Source: the human T2T-CHM13v2.0 reference genome, Homo sapiens
Direction: 5' to 3' (one strand)
NCBI RefSeq assembly: GCF_009914755.1
Contig: NC_060932.1
Length of the DNA: 64,000 nucleotides
Part shown: positions 1 to 15,041 of the stretch, in pieces
How positions within the stretch are numbered: position 1 is the stretch's first letter
Layout of the letters: each line of letters opens with the position of its first letter
Program-made: the position numbers and the translations under genes
Notes under the pieces: generated by a model
Seen by the model: only the letters and a program-made list of their open reading frames with translations
Databases searched by the model: none
Told to the model about the DNA's origin: nothing

Positions 1-340
1 TTGTCGTTCACCACAGTCTCCATCACTCACTTGCTTCCGTTCCTTGGATATGCCAAGCTCCATCTTGCCTCTCAGCTCATGGCTCCAAGTCTTCATAAAA
101 AATGCCATCCTGTCCACATTTTTTTTTTAAACTAAAGAACTATTTATCTTTAGATTTTTCAAAGGTCACTCCTGACAACCTAATAACCTCCCCATCTCCC
201 AACCCTGGATCTAAATTAAGTGTCTTTGCCACTACATACTCTTCTGGCAACTTCTATTTTCCCTTTATACAACTTAGCACATTTTGGAATTATGTATTGA
301 CTTAATTTCACTTGTTTATAGCTTGTCTCTCGCATGAAGC

Positions 341-503
341 CAGTGGTTCTCAGTTTTGGCTGCATTTTAGAATGATATAGGAGTTTTAAATAATACTGGT
401 ATATGGCCTCCATCTAGACCAAATCAATCACTGAGGGGTGGAGCCCAGACGTCTTCATTCAGGTGATTCTGATGTGCACTGTGAATTGAATACCACAGCA
501 CTA
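341..503. mobile_element. MER5-family hAT-Charlie MITE remnant
   Basis: CAGTGGTTCTCA start and CAGGTGATTCTGATGTGCA internal motif typical of MER5. Confidence 0.6.
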
Positions 504-1753
504 GAAAGGTAGGCCCCTAAAGGACAAGAACCATCTTTTTTTTGCTCAGTGCCCTCCACTGTTTCTGGCTCATCATATTGAGAAATATTTACTGAGTTTT
601 GTGGAATAAATCATTCTAAAATTGTTCTAACATTTACCTTATTATAGTTCTCTGCACTCCCTCTATAGACACAGTTCCTTCCTTTTTGCCTTAGCTCACA
701 TTCTTTCCTCTACCCAGAACACCTATTTCCTCTTTTACTTGGTGTACTCCAATTCATTTTTCAAGACTTAGCTCAGACATCATCTTCTCTAGGAAATCTT
801 ACCGTAACCAGGAAGGACAGGTGCCCCTCCTTTGTGTCTTACAACAGCGTGTGCTTGCTTTGACCATAGCATTTAACACATTATTTTGAAATGATAAAAG
901 TGCCTCTCATCTTTGTTCGCTTGTGAACTCACCAAGGTGTTGGATCATCTTGCATTTTTTGAACTACTCATTTTTCTTTTTAAATTTTGATTATTGAGTT
1001 TATCTTTGGTTGAGTCTGTCATGATATAAATCCCAGGGTCATCATTCCTTTCCTCTCCCTTAAGTTAGTGATCAGAAATATGCAAAAATATTTATCTGAG
1101 GGGATGTTCTTTTTATTTATAATAGCAAACATTTGAAAATTGATCCTGATACATCCATAGACTGAAACATCATGCAGCTTTAAAAAATCATATTGTAGAT
1201 TACTTAATACATAGTGTTCATATGATATATTGTTACATGACAAAACATGTTTCAGAACATATGTACAGTATGATGCCACTTTTATAGCACAAGCTTTATC
1301 TATCCATCAGTCAGTATAAAAAGATAGGCCAAAATATATGAAGAGTGGTTATTATTGGATGGTGGTATTTATGTCCTTATGTTTTTATGTGTTTTCTATT
1401 TTAAAATAATGAACATGCATTATTTTGTAATCATAAAAAGCACAGTACAGTTTTTTAAAATGTGGCATTGATTATTCACTACTTGGGAGAGCAAAATGAA
1501 GGTAACTGATATTTTGCCGAAGACATAAAAAAGGCTGAACCACCTATCGCTTCTGTAACTTTTTCCTCCACTTTAAATATTTGAAATTAATAAGCTGTGA
1601 CGATTGATAATTAACATTTAAACAGAGCAGTTTTTCAGACTACCCACACTTCTATCCTATAATATAAGTAATGAAATCCATATTGTCTTGTTCCTTTGTG
1701 AACTCTGAGAGCACGTTATTGCTGTACAGAGCTATATATCATAATTATTTCTA

Positions 1754-1948
<195 letters not shown>

Positions 1949-4399
1949 CTATATAAAAAGAAAAATAATTCTTATAGAAACAACTAAAGGCCAATATTCC
2001 AAATGAATTCAAAACTCAATGAAAATAAACAGTAATATATATTGTCTGCATTAGCATAAAAATATTAACTGCCAATGGCTATGGACATGTCATGACTCAA
2101 AATTTAGAAAAAAAATACCTATAGTATAATGGCAAGAATTTAGATCTTGCTCAGATAGACTTGGGTGTGAATCCTGTCTCTACTACATATTGCTACGTAA
2201 CCTCTCATCCTCAGTTTCCTAACCTGTAAAATGGGGATAAAAATGGTACTTATAACAAAAACTTAATGTGGTACTTAATGATAGCTATTAATGATAATAT
2301 ACTAATAATAGATTGTTAGTATATTAGGACCAACATAGATCAAAATCTTTGCTAGATATTTTTCTTTCTTAAAACATGTTTCACACCATTGTTAGATATT
2401 ATTATTTAACCTTGCAGGCTGGTCTATCTTTCTTCTCCAACTCAATTATCTTCTTAAGGCAGGGAAAAAAAAAGTACACAATAGATACAAAAGCAATATC
2501 TGTTGAGTGAATGATTGTTCATATTCACTTTAATAGTGTAAGAAACACTGTTTGGCTATAGGTCTGTATTTGTCATCTGTTTAAATAACTATATCTATAT
2601 GAGCTAAAAAAAATCTTTAGGTGCTACAAAAAACTCACTTACATAGTAGTTTTGAATCTTTTGCTTTCAACAAATATATATTTTTTCATTTTCTCTCAGA
2701 GCTGCTAACATGTAACAGCTTTCCTCTTGTGGGTGGTCCTGTCCACCCCTTGAGGGAATTATGATTTTGCTGTGAACTAATTGTAGAGTCAGTGGCAGAG
2801 AAAGGAGAAGCAAAGGGTCTGCTTCCAATTTGTGGATCAGACAATCATTCCTTTAGCAATCACCAGTTTTCTGTAACAGCTTCAGTAGCAGACACTTGAC
2901 CTAGATCCATATGAAATTTAGACTTCAGGGTTGCTTGACTGATAAGGCAAGCTAATAATTTATGATTGAAGTATCTCCAAGTAGCCATTGGTGAGAAGCA
3001 TTCAGATGAATGTGCTGTTAGAATTTTTAAAAATCACTTCAGAAAGTATAGCTTTTGCTTCTCTAGGATAGAAAAAAAGGCCAAGGCCAGAAGACATATC
3101 TTCTTAATACAGTCTAACAAATACTGATGAGAAGCTGTTTTGAGCAAGGCTTTGTATGATAACCTTGGAGGAATTAAAGATGAAAGAAAGTAAGTCTAGT
3201 TGGGGTGATCTTGTAAGTAAGCAGAAAAGCTGTAATTGATGGTAGAAGATAATCATGTCATAAAACATTCCACAAATATCCATAAAACTTATAAGATAAA
3301 GAGAGTTAATTTTGCTTGGGAGTGGGATGGGAGAGATGGGAAGCACCAGGAAAGTGCTCATTTGGGTAACAAAATTTGAATCATTTGAGGATGAGGATGA
3401 TTTGTATTTGCAAAGATGCACAAAGCCCCTTTTATGCAGAGGGAAATTTACCTTTTCTTTGGCTGCTATGTATTTGCTTTGTGCAAAGTATACACGTTTT
3501 ATTTATATTTGTTTTAGTCCTACTATGTCTGATAGGTTACCATATTTGCTAAAGCAAATTACAAACATAATTTTTTTTCTAAAAGGCATGGTTCTTTTTT
3601 ACTAAAAATTAAATAAATGTCCCAAGTGCTTAATTTCTTTAAATGCTGTCATCATTTTGGAATAATTTCACTTCAGAAATTGGTATTCTGATTCATTTAA
3701 AACTCACTTAGAAAAAGGCAAATAGACTTTGGATTGATTTTTGGATCTTCTCCACTAAAGAAAATTTGTGTCTTTGATATGGTAAAGAAAATCCACTTGA
3801 AATATGCTTGGAAGTTCTTGAACATGTACATGTCTGGAATATTTCTGCAATGAAGGTAACTCTCAGTCACTCATGTCCATGGAGAAGATTTACATTGTAA
3901 ATGATCAGAAATAGAAGATCTCAAAAGACCCACTTATATTCGTTTTCATATAAATAATTTTAATTTTTGGCACTAATTTTTAAGGTTTTAATTATAATTT
4001 GTAAATCAAAAATGAAATTTTTATTCCTTGAACAACTCCTATCAGAATGTATTTTGATGAAAATTCCCAACTATATTAAGTTATATTCATGGGAAATATT
4101 AGTGATTTTAAATATTGTTTTCCTGTGGCAGTAATTCTGATTTCATATAAGTACATATATAATATAAAAATTATATATGTATATATAATATGTACATATA
4201 ATATATAATATAAAATATATATTATAAAAATTATATACAATTTATATATAATTATATACATATAAAATAGAAATACTGCCACAGTAATCAGAATATATGT
4301 ATATATACACACACACAAATATGTGTGTGTATAGTAAATTCTTATAATTTTATGTTGCCTTGGCACCAATTTTGAATATAAGTTTAACTTTCTCATACT

Positions 4400-5190
4400 G
4401 GAAGTGGGATCAGTCACACTTGACAAGGTTTCCAGTTCTCTACCTCTTCCCAGTTCCTCAGTGTGGTTGATCCAGATACCTGCTTTATACCACTGCCTCC
4501 TGGTGACCACCTCTCTATGGTACAGCTGGATGCAATTGACTAGAATTGCCCCACTGACCCCCAGAGCCCACGTAGACGAGCAGATATTCCACAGTAACTA
4601 CCTGTCAGTCACAGCAAGGCCCCATGGAACTCATGTCTGCTTGCTGTAAACCAACCTGTTAGAACTTCCCCTGGGAAACCTCCCTGGGTAACACCCTGGA
4701 TCCCAAAAAGGCTTTGGCCCATTCTCTCTCTCTCCCCACTGGTTGAGCACGAGTGTTACCCCTTCCCATTGGCCCTGTGAGGCGTGCTGCCCTTTTCTGT
4801 CTGGGATCTGTAGGTAATGAAAATGCTTCTATTACTTCATGGGTTTTGTTGTGCTGCTGCTTCTGTGTCTCGCCTGACTGACATATCCAAACCTAACTTT
4901 TTTTTCCAGTAGAGGGTTTTCCTAGGGAGTGGCTATCTTATAGGAATAAACTGGACACGGGTCAGACGAAAGCCACAACGGCATCGGCCAATATAAACAA
5001 ATTCCCTGTGAAAGAAATGTCTGTTCATGGTCGACCACCTAGGCATGAGGTTGCCAACCGGGATCAAGAAGTATCCCATGAAAGGCACACTGTGAACAGC
5101 CACCACTCATCCTCTGGAACCCCGTGAGGGCAAGGCTGGAGTACAGCCACTCTCCCAAGACAGAACCCAAGACCAAATGAGAGGAAATCC
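4400..5190 (+). mobile_element. ERVL-type solo LTR (MER54/MER74-like)
   Basis: GAGTGGCTATCTT..GGAATAAACTGGACAC.GGTCAGAC and AAGAAGTATCCC.TGAAAGGCACACTG motifs; boundaries approximate. Confidence 0.55.
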
Positions 5191-5206
5191 TAAAAATGTG
5201 GCAGCA

Positions 5207-5483
5207 CAGTTGGCCTCCGTATCCATGGATTCCACCTCCACGGGTTCAAACAACTGTGGATGGAGAATATTCAGAAAAAAAATAGCAATACCACAATAAC
5301 AAAATACAAACGAAAAATACGGTATAACTACTATTTACATTGCATTTGGTACTATAAGTAATCTATAGTGAGTTAAAGTATACAGGAGGATGTGGGTAGG
5401 TGATATGCAAATACTATGCCACAGATTTTGGTTTCCTCAGGGGTCCTGGAACCAATCCCCTGTGGATACCATGGGGTAGACTA
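5207..5483 (-). mobile_element. MER2 (TcMar-Tigger) DNA transposon
   Basis: CAGTTGGCCTCCGTATCCATGG at one end and GGTCCTGGAACCAATCCCC..GGATACC at the other resemble MER2 termini. Confidence 0.7.
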
Positions 5484-5593
5484 TATTTTTTTCAATACTG
5501 AAAAAATTGGAAACAACGTACTGTCAATCTATGGGCAGATAAAATATTGAATATTTGTAGATTGGAATATTACAAAGTAGTTAAAATAAACTA

Positions 5594-5890
<297 letters not shown>

Positions 5891-8060
5891 TTAATTGACT
5901 AAAAAATGAAAATAAAGATTAAAATAAACTATTTATATTTAAATATATGATTAAACTCAACCAATAGTGTGGTCTGAATATAGAATATATTCAGTATGAT
6001 TCCACCTACAAAAATCTAAACACACTACTACCAGTTTATGTTTATATGACCATAAAGTAAAATGGTGAAGATGAGGAGTGGCGGGATATCCTCAGATGAG
6101 GGTCATCTTAGTGGCCACCTTAGGGAGGGAGGAAGGAGAATGGGTTTGGGGAGAACTGATGAAACTTCAACTTTCATTTTTATTAATTTTAAATTTTAAG
6201 AAAATAAGTGTCTCCCTTTGTGGAGAAATGTGTTTAGCCTTCTTTCCCCTTTTATCCTTTAGGTGGGCTCAGGGACAGATAGCAGCAGTGAAGGAAGTCG
6301 GATCAATGGGAAACGTGAGACCAACCTAGGAGACAAGCCTGAACATAGATAAGCAAACAATTAGCACTTTTCTTGGCAGGAATACACACAAGCACTTACA
6401 TCGATAGCTTTCAGCTGACGGCTTGGATTTTCTCAGAGAAAAACATTTGAACCAATCTAAATATGACTTTTTATTAACATACTTGGATAGCACATGGATC
6501 AAGTCATGCAAACTGAATTTAGCAGCTGTATATAGTAAAAACTTAGAATTTAAGTTTCACCAATTAAGTGATCCTGTCCCCTAATGATTACTTTATGAAA
6601 AGATGCCACTAGCTTTGGGGCAGCTTTGGTTTAGGACTAAATCTTTCTTATTTGGATTTAGGCCTAGTGAAATAAAGTTTGCATTATGATGTCATTATAT
6701 TTTAAAATGTGTTTGAGAACTATTATTATTCTTTTTTTTTCTCCAGAAAATGATTATTTTCTTGAGATATACATTGCTTCATTATTGTGTGATTAAAAAG
6801 AATTACATCCTGGGGCTTTTTCTCTCGGCAACCCAGCTCCATTTTGTTTACAGTTAGGAAATTTTCTGATGTATGAAAAGACAGGATTGCTTTGTAAATG
6901 TCTCTTTTTTCTATAAAGTGAGAGTAACTGAGAAAGTATCAACATTAACATTATATTAGTACATAATATTTATACTATGTTTTACTGTCTTATCCTTACC
7001 TGTTTAATTCTTCCAGCCTCCCACTGATGCCTGGCATTAATGAATATATGGTCATCACTCCTGGCTTTTAGATAAGAACTGGAGTCCCAGGAAGCCTGTC
7101 GACTTTCTCTAAGGTCACACATGCGGTAGGTATTGGAGGAAGAGTATCACCAGAGTGTGTGTTTTTATCTACACTTGGAGCAACTTGAGATCAAAGTGTT
7201 TGTATTATTCACTCTTGTATCCTTAGTGTCTCATCAGGGTTTAGGGCATGTTGGATGGTAAATAAAAATGGGCTGACATATAGAATGAAGCTGTTAGAAA
7301 TTATTCCATTTTGGACAATGAGAAATTCAGTGCTGTATAGCTGTGTTACCGATTTGAATGAGGATATTGGAGATTTGAATGGAGTTGGGAGAAATGTTAT
7401 TTTGATTCACAACAGAGCCATAGGTTAGATGGTGGTTCTTGTACCCAGGAAATTCCACTTTTAATAATGGCAAGCTCCGAATACAATTGTAAAGTTGGTA
7501 AAATGTTTCCTTGGAATGCGTACCCTCTTAGTCCTATAGAATTTCTCCATTTCTAGGCTCATTTCTGCTTTCTTTGAAACAGAACTTAAGATAGCATCAG
7601 TATTTTATAACTCACTGTGAATTTAAGTCACTCCCAAGTATAAGCAATGGTCTTCAGGGCTTTTTCCATCTCAGCCTGCTTATTACAAAAAGACGTGCTT
7701 TGTTCTACCTTAAACCCCATTCTCATTAAACAAGTAAGTTATAGGTGATATGACTAGGGCAGGGAATTCTGAATTCAGTTCTTCATGCCATTGACTATGC
7801 GAGGCATGATACTGATTGGTAGCTGTTGGGACCAGCAAAGTCAAATGTGATAAAAAATTTGCAAAGTGCTGTGATGTCATAATTTTTAATATTACTTCTA
7901 AGTAATATTAGACCTAAACTTACAGTCAATATTTGCAACACTAGTAAAAATCATCTTCGTCAAACTTTCTCTGAAAATTGGCAATAGTTCTAATTTTCTA
8001 GGAGTTTGGGTCAAAGTGGGAAGTCATGAGTTAGACGGAACTCTGAGGATGAAACTAATC

Positions 8061-8587
8061 CAGCAGTCCCCAGTCTTTTTGGCACCAGGGACCAGTTTTG
8101 TGGAAGACAATTTTTTCACTGATGGGCAGTTATGGGGATGGTTTCGGGATGATTCAAGCACATTACATTTATTGTGCATTTTCTTTCTATTTATTATTAC
8201 ATTGTAATATATAACAAAACGATTATACATCTCACCATAATGTAGAATCAGTGGGAGCCCTGAGCTTGTTTACCTGCAACTAGACAGTCCCATCTGGGGG
8301 TGATGGGAGACAGTGAGGAATTACCAGGCATTAGATTCTCATAAGGCAAGTGCAACCTAGATCCCCGCATGCATAGTTCACAATAGGGTTCTGCTCCTAT
8401 GAGAATCTAATGCCACTGCTGATCTGACAGGAGGCGGAGCTTGGGTGGTAATGCCAGCAATGAGCAGTGGTTGTAAATACAGATGAAGCTGCTCTCACTG
8501 ACCCACCACTCAACTCCTTCTTTGCTGCCCGGTTCCCAACAGGCCACCGACTGGCACTGATCTGTGGCCCTGGGGTGGGGACCCCTG
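8061..8587 (+). mobile_element. MER1A hAT-Charlie element, full length
   Basis: 527 bp; terminal inverted repeats CAGCAGTCCCC / GGGGACCCCTG; 8-bp TSD AACTAATC / ATCTAATC. Confidence 0.85.
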
Positions 8588-9453
8588 ATCTAATCAATTT
8601 TTCTATGATCAGGCAGGGCCACAGGAAGAATCTGATTTTACCTGTGTAGAAACTCCCACATGGTTGCATCAGTTTTATTTCTCCATTTAATAATAACTAT
8701 GTAATTTACTATATGCCAGGTACTGATATAAGTGCTTCATATGTTTTGAGTCCCTTACAACCAAGTATGTTATCTCATTTATTTAGTATCTCCCCTCCCT
8801 ATCGGAGGGCTCCAGAGGGCAGAAACAACATGGCTGCCGTAGCTGGGCAGTAGCCCTCCATGTCTGGCTCAGTGCTTTAGACAGGTCAACTGCTGAGGAT
8901 GTATAGTTGAATGGAGTTCATTTAGATTATAAACTCACTATTCAAAATATTTTTTAAAAGTCTAGCAACAATACTTCATTTCTAATACCATTAGGGTAAA
9001 AATAAAGTTGGTAGAAATGAAACACAAGTCTCACTGTAGTCTCACTCTCACGTTCTGATTTCAGGCCCTGTGGAGTAAATATGTGATGACATATCAGATA
9101 AGTAGGATGTCACTGCTGGGGATCTGCATGTGAGTGCTAGAAAGCATGCTGCCATTCCGGTTCTCTTCTTGGCTCAGTCTGTCACTCACACACAAAACAC
9201 TTCCTTCTCATCCTTCCGTCCACAGAAGTCACAGCCTTTGCAGGCTCTCTTTGCCACAGAATCGCAAACAATGAGTCAAAGATCCCAGTGAGGTGTCCTG
9301 TTGGGATGGGTTCTGCATAATTACCAGAGCAGCAAATAGACATATTGTGCCTTCCTTGTCGGACTGTAGTACCTACATTTCAATTTTGGTATCTCTGGGT
9401 CTCTGGTTTCCTACTGAACTGGGGGCTGTTTCTAAAGGATGCGATTCTAATGC

Positions 9454-9472
9454 ACGCCACTAGGTGGCGCAA
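9454..9472 (+). promoter_or_regulatory. Predicted CTCF binding site in CNGB3 intron 13
   Basis: ACGCCACTAGGTGGCGCAA matches the core consensus CCASYAGRKGGCRS; TGCGATTCT resembling the upstream motif lies 5 bp 5'; not inside a recognisable repeat. Confidence 0.7.
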
Positions 9473-10004
9473 CAGAACTTTTATTAAAGTTTCTCCCGTT
9501 TCTGGTAATGCAGTAGTAGAGGCAAAATGTGATTTCCCCAGCATTTAATATGATAACATATATTTAAAAATCGAGATCGAAATAATAAATCATCAGAAAT
9601 GAGGGGAAATTGCCCATCTCATAGAAATGAATCGCTGCTTATTAGCTTAATACTTGTGCTTGGGCCTGGAATAACGTGAAATCTGCAAGGAAGAGGAATC
9701 ATTTTTGTGAAAAATTAATATATATATATAATTTGACTATTCATCTCTGAGCTATTTCAAATCTCTGATCACCCATGTTGAAGCAGCAAATCTTACTAAT
9801 TAACCACAATTTATTGAAGCAAAGTTTTAGTGAAAATCTGTGACTCTAATTCCACCTGCTTTGATTAAGAGGAGAAAAAACCTACATGAGATTCAGAGCC
9901 TTTTCTTAGCAGGAAAGTAGAAAAGTGTATGTGACTGTAGGTATCTATCTAATGTGCCAAGTCTTAGTCTGTGAATATCGCCAAAGGATTGCCTTGGTCT
10001 TGAC

Positions 10005-10301
10005 CTTTTTTTTTTTTTTTTTTTTTTTTTTTGCGACAGGGTCTTGCTCTGTTGCCCAGGCTGGAATACAGAGGCACAATCATGGCTCACTGCAGCCTCA
10101 ACCTCCTGGGCTCAGGTGATACTCTTGCCTTGGCCTCCTGAGTAGTAGGGACTACAGGCACCTGGCTAAATTTTCTATTATTTGTAAAGATGAGGTCTCA
10201 CTATGTTGCCAGGCTGGTTTTGAGCTCCTGGGCTCAGGCAATCCTCTTGCCTCAACCTCCCAAAGTGCTGGGATAACAGCCATGAGCTACCGCACTGGGC
10301 C
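10005..10301 (-). mobile_element. AluJ-like element
   Basis: Poly-T followed by reverse-complement Alu body. Confidence 0.9.
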
Positions 10302-10515
10302 AGCTTGACTTTGGACTCTAGTGAAACTTTTCCAGTTCCTTCCCACCTTATCAGTGATCCGGATAGGGTTGGTAGAGAACTGAAGGTAAGAATGATAGAG
10401 TGGTGTGAAGAAAGCCGTGCTCAAACTGTCCCAATGCTTAGAGCTCAATGACCTCAGTCAGGTAAGTTGTTTGCTCTCCGTAAAATGGGATAGTAACAAA
10501 GCTTTCATTGGAAGT

Positions 10516-10830
10516 GTATTAGTTTGTTAGGGCTGCCATAACAAAGTTATACAGGCTGTGTGTGCTTTAAACAACAGAAATTATTTTCTCACAGTTCTGG
10601 AGGCTAAAGGCTTAAGATCAAGGCATCAGCAGGTCTGGTTTCTTCTGTGGCCTCTCTGCTTGGCTTGCAGATGGCTACCTTCTCACTGTGTCGTTACATG
10701 GCTTTTCCTCTGTGCACTTGCACCTGTGGTGTCTCTGTGTGTCCAAATATCCCCTTCTTATAAAGACACCAGTCAAATTGAATTAGGACCCATCCTCCTA
10801 GCCTCATTTTAACTGAATCACCTGTTTCAG
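10516..10830. mobile_element. MLT1 (ERVL-MaLR) LTR fragment
   Basis: TGTATTAGTTTG.TAGGGCTGCCATAACAAA and TCTCACAGTTCTGGAGGCT signature. Confidence 0.75.
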
Positions 10831-11739
10831 TAAACAGGTTAATACTTTTACATGCTTATGAGCTTTCACCCAGGTGCCTCTAGTTCCTCACTCCATGGGC
10901 TCCTACGCATCCTTCTAGGTCCCACACCTGGACCATTCCCTCCTTTGTGCACTCAGCTCCCTGGGTGCATAGGTGGCTTTCAGTGAAGGGAGGAGACTGG
11001 TTCAGAAGCAGTGCAAGGATCAGTCAGGTATAAATTATGAGATGTAGGGTGGAGGATCACTATTCATCCTATTTCCTTCCTAAGAAAATAAATTTGTGTA
11101 AATTGCTAAGACTACCTCTATGAAAATAAATTTAGAAAGATTCCATACCTACATATTTTCTATTTCACTTGGCTTTACAAAAAAAAAAGTTTTTTTCATG
11201 TAACAGAAATATAAATGTAAATGGATTCTTTCTGGAAAGAACTGTATCTTTAACAGAAATGTCAGGAAAGAATGAATCTAAGTTATACACAACATTAGCA
11301 AGATGTGAAGATTTAACCTTTTTTCTCAATCAGATGTTGCTGATTTGGTGGAGTACCAAAAAGTACATATAGAAAGCAAAAAAACTATGAGGCAAAAAAC
11401 TGATATCTTCTCAAATAGGAGATGATCCCATAAAAGTCATTGGTATCTAATTTAAAGCATTTGTTTTCCTTTAGAAAAGAGTTACTTACTGTCACTTATT
11501 CTCAATTAAGTTCGTCATTCAGGTATAACGAGTTTTATAATATTTTAAAACACTGTTAAGATAATTTAGCTTAGTGACTTTCATACATTTCTGACCATAC
11601 CTATAATAAGACATACATTTTCATTGTGCTTAGTACACACATAAATATGTATATGTGATTTTAAAAATAAAACATACAAAAATTTTATAATACCTACTCT
11701 TATGTATGAGGCAGTCTGCTATTTTGTTTTTAAAATTTT

Positions 11740-12440
11740 TTATTTACTTTTTAATTTTTATTTAATTTCAATAGTTTTTGGGGAACAAGTGGTTTTTGGT
11801 TACACAGATACGTTCTTTAGTGGTGATTTCTGAGATTTTGGTGCACCTGTCACCGAAGCAGTGTACCCACTGTGTATACACTATACCCATTGTGTAGGCT
11901 TTTATCCTTCACCCCCCTTCCCACCCTTCTCCCTGAGTCTCCAAAGTCCATTATATTATTCTTATGCCCCTGCATCCTCATAGCTTAGCTCCCACTTATA
12001 AATGAGTATATACAATATTTGATTTTCTATTCCTGAGTTACTTCACTTAGAATAATTGTCTCCAGCCAGGCGTGGTGGCTCACGCCTGTAATCCCAGCAC
12101 TTTGGGAGGCTGAGATGGGCAGATCAGGAGGTCAAGAGATTAAGACCATCCTGGCCAACATGGTGAAACCCTGTCTCTGCTAAAAATACAAAAATTAGCT
12201 GGGCATGGTGGCACTACTCAGGAGGCTGAGGCAGGAGAATCGCTTGAACCCGGGAGGCACAGGTTGCAGTGAGCCGAGATTGTGCCACTGCACTACAGCC
12301 TGGGTGACAGAGCGAGACATTGTTTAAGAAACAAAAAACAACAAAAAAAGGAATAATGGTCTCCAACTCCAAGTTGCTGCAAATGCCATTATTTTGTTCC
12401 TTTTTATGGCTGATGGGTATTCCGTGGTATATTGGTGTGT
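11740..12440 (-). mobile_element. L1 3' end (L1PB/L1MA-like) interrupted by an Alu
   Basis: Reverse-complement L1 3' UTR motifs (TTAGCTCCCACTTATAAATGAG, TTCACTTAGAATAAT). Confidence 0.75.
12065..12350 (+). mobile_element. AluSc-like element with a small internal deletion, nested in L1
   Basis: GAGGTCAAGAGAT diagnostic; 15-bp TSD GAATAAT(T/G)GTCTCCA at 12050-12064 and 12351-12365. Confidence 0.9.
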
Positions 12441-13579
12441 ATATACAAATACATCAATATGTAGTAGAGGTGTCTGCAACTTAGAAATGGAGTTTACAGT
12501 TGAGTGTTATTTTGCAGAACAATGTAGAGTAAGTCTCATTCCTTGTTCATATAACAGACTTTAGTATATGAAACTTCTGCTGCCCTTGAATTTATTTATT
12601 TTTCTCACAACTAAACATCCTCAGCATCTACACATTTTCTTTTGGGGCCATTCTTCTTTTTTTTTTTTTTTTGAAAATGGAGTAATAATTTACGTAAAAT
12701 GAAATATACAGATCTTAAGGGACAGTTGGATCAATTTTGATAAATGTATACACTTATGTACCTTCCCCGGCAAGACAAAAAACATTTCCATCACCCTACA
12801 AAGTTCCCTTATGCTTCTTCCTAATCAATCTCCTCATCCCCATTCACCACCAGAAGCAATCATTAATCTGACTTCCACCATTACAGAATAATTTATGTTG
12901 CCCAGGCTGATCTTGAACTCCTGGCCTCAAGCTATCATCCTGCCTCCACCTCCCAAAGTCCTGGGATTACTGGCATAAGCCATGGAACCTGGCCTGCAAT
13001 ATTTTCCTTTTGGACCTAGGTTTGGAATTTTACTTTTATGCTTGTTGACGTTAATCTTGTTGGCTTTGCTTGTTGTTTCAAAGTATTCAGTAATTTTAAA
13101 TTTTGTAATACATTTTATTATATTCCTTCTTTCTTTGTGTCATCTGCCAATTTGAAAACCACATCTTTTATATGATCATCAAAATATTGATGGAAATCTA
13201 GCACAGGCCATAGCTAAGAAAAGAGTCCTAGAATACTGACCTAACTCTAATAACTTAGAGTCATGGGTTAACCTAATGCTGGGAGTGACTATGCCTAACC
13301 ATTCTACTATACAGCTTCTGCTTCTTCATCTTGTTTCTAATATTATTGATTATATAATTTTAAGACATATCCTTCTGTCTGGATTACATTTTTTCTTCTT
13401 TCCATACTTACATCTTAAGTGATCACATTGAGTCCTTTGGCTTGAAATACACCAATATGCTGACAGGTCCAAATGGATTGCTCCAGCTTGGACGTCTCCC
13501 CCGAACTCAGATTTATAAACCAAACTGCCTACATGAAATTTTCAACTGGAATCTAACAGTCACCTCATCAAACAAACAC

Positions 13580-13980
13580 ATCTGTTTTTGTGCTGATATT
13601 AAAAGGACACCACAGACTGGGTAATTTATAAATAATAGAAATTTATTTCTCACAGTTCTGAAGACCGAGAAGTCCAAGATCAAGGCATTAGCAGGTTTGG
13701 TGTCTGGTGAGGGCTGCTCTTTCTTCCAAGATGGCGCCTTGTTGCTGCATCCTCCAGATGGGAGGAACACTGTGTCCTTACATAGTGGAAGACTAGGAGG
13801 GCAAGAGAGTTCTTCCTTCCCCTTGAGACCTTTTATAATGGTGCTAAACCCATTCATGAGGGTGGAACCCTCAAGACTCAATCACTTCCCAAAAGGCCAC
13901 ATGTCTTCATGCTGTTGCATTAGGGATTGAGTTTCCACATGATTTTTGAAGAAGACACCATTATCCAAATCATAGCAACA
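13580..13980. mobile_element. MaLR LTR (MLT1A/MST-like) inserted in L2 remnants
   Basis: CACAGACTGGGTAATTTATAAA..TTTCTCACAGTTCTG..AAGTCCAAGATCAAGG signature. Confidence 0.7.
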
Positions 13981-14376
13981 TCCAAAAACAAAGAGTTGGT
14001 TTCCAGCCCACCCAACCTACACTTACTTTAAAGTTTCCTATTTTGCAAATGATATCTTTGTTCTTCTTGTTCCTCAGGCCTAAATCCTTGGAGTCATTTT
14101 TGGTCCCTTTCTGTCTCTTACCCTCTTCATGTAATCAAACAGGAAAAACTATGGGCTTTTTGGGTTTGAATATACCCAATATTTCGCCACTTCTCAAAAA
14201 CTCTGCTTCAATAACCCTGGGTCTGTTCACCATCATCTCTTCCACAGATGGTTGTGATAACTTCCATTTGGCCTCCCTGCCTTCTACATTTACTTCCTAA
14301 GGCCTTTTCTTCACACAGCAGGAAAGATCCTGTTCAAACTGGTCTTGAATAGGTCATTTTCTGCTCAAGAGCCTCA

Positions 14377-14768
<392 letters not shown>

Positions 14769-15041
14769 TCAGCCTCCCTTTTTTTTCACTCTTCTCTGAC
14801 TACTCTTGCTTCCACCACTCTGCCTTTGCTCCAGCCACTCTGGCTTCCTTGCAGTGTGTTTCCAGCTCAGGGCATCGTGTCATCCATCCTCCCGTAATAT
14901 TCCCTCCTGTCCTCATTCCTCTCTCTCCTCTCCCATCTGCGTAGCTCACTCCCTTGCTTCTTGCAGTCCTCTGCTTAAGTGCTCAAATGCATTTAATCAG
15001 AGAGGCCTTTCTTGCCAGTACCACCCTCATCCTTCTTAACC

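Noticed and set aside
4076-4510. 144-aa hydrophobic minus-strand ORF
   Set aside because: Ile/Tyr-rich translation of an AT low-complexity tract joined to LTR sequence.
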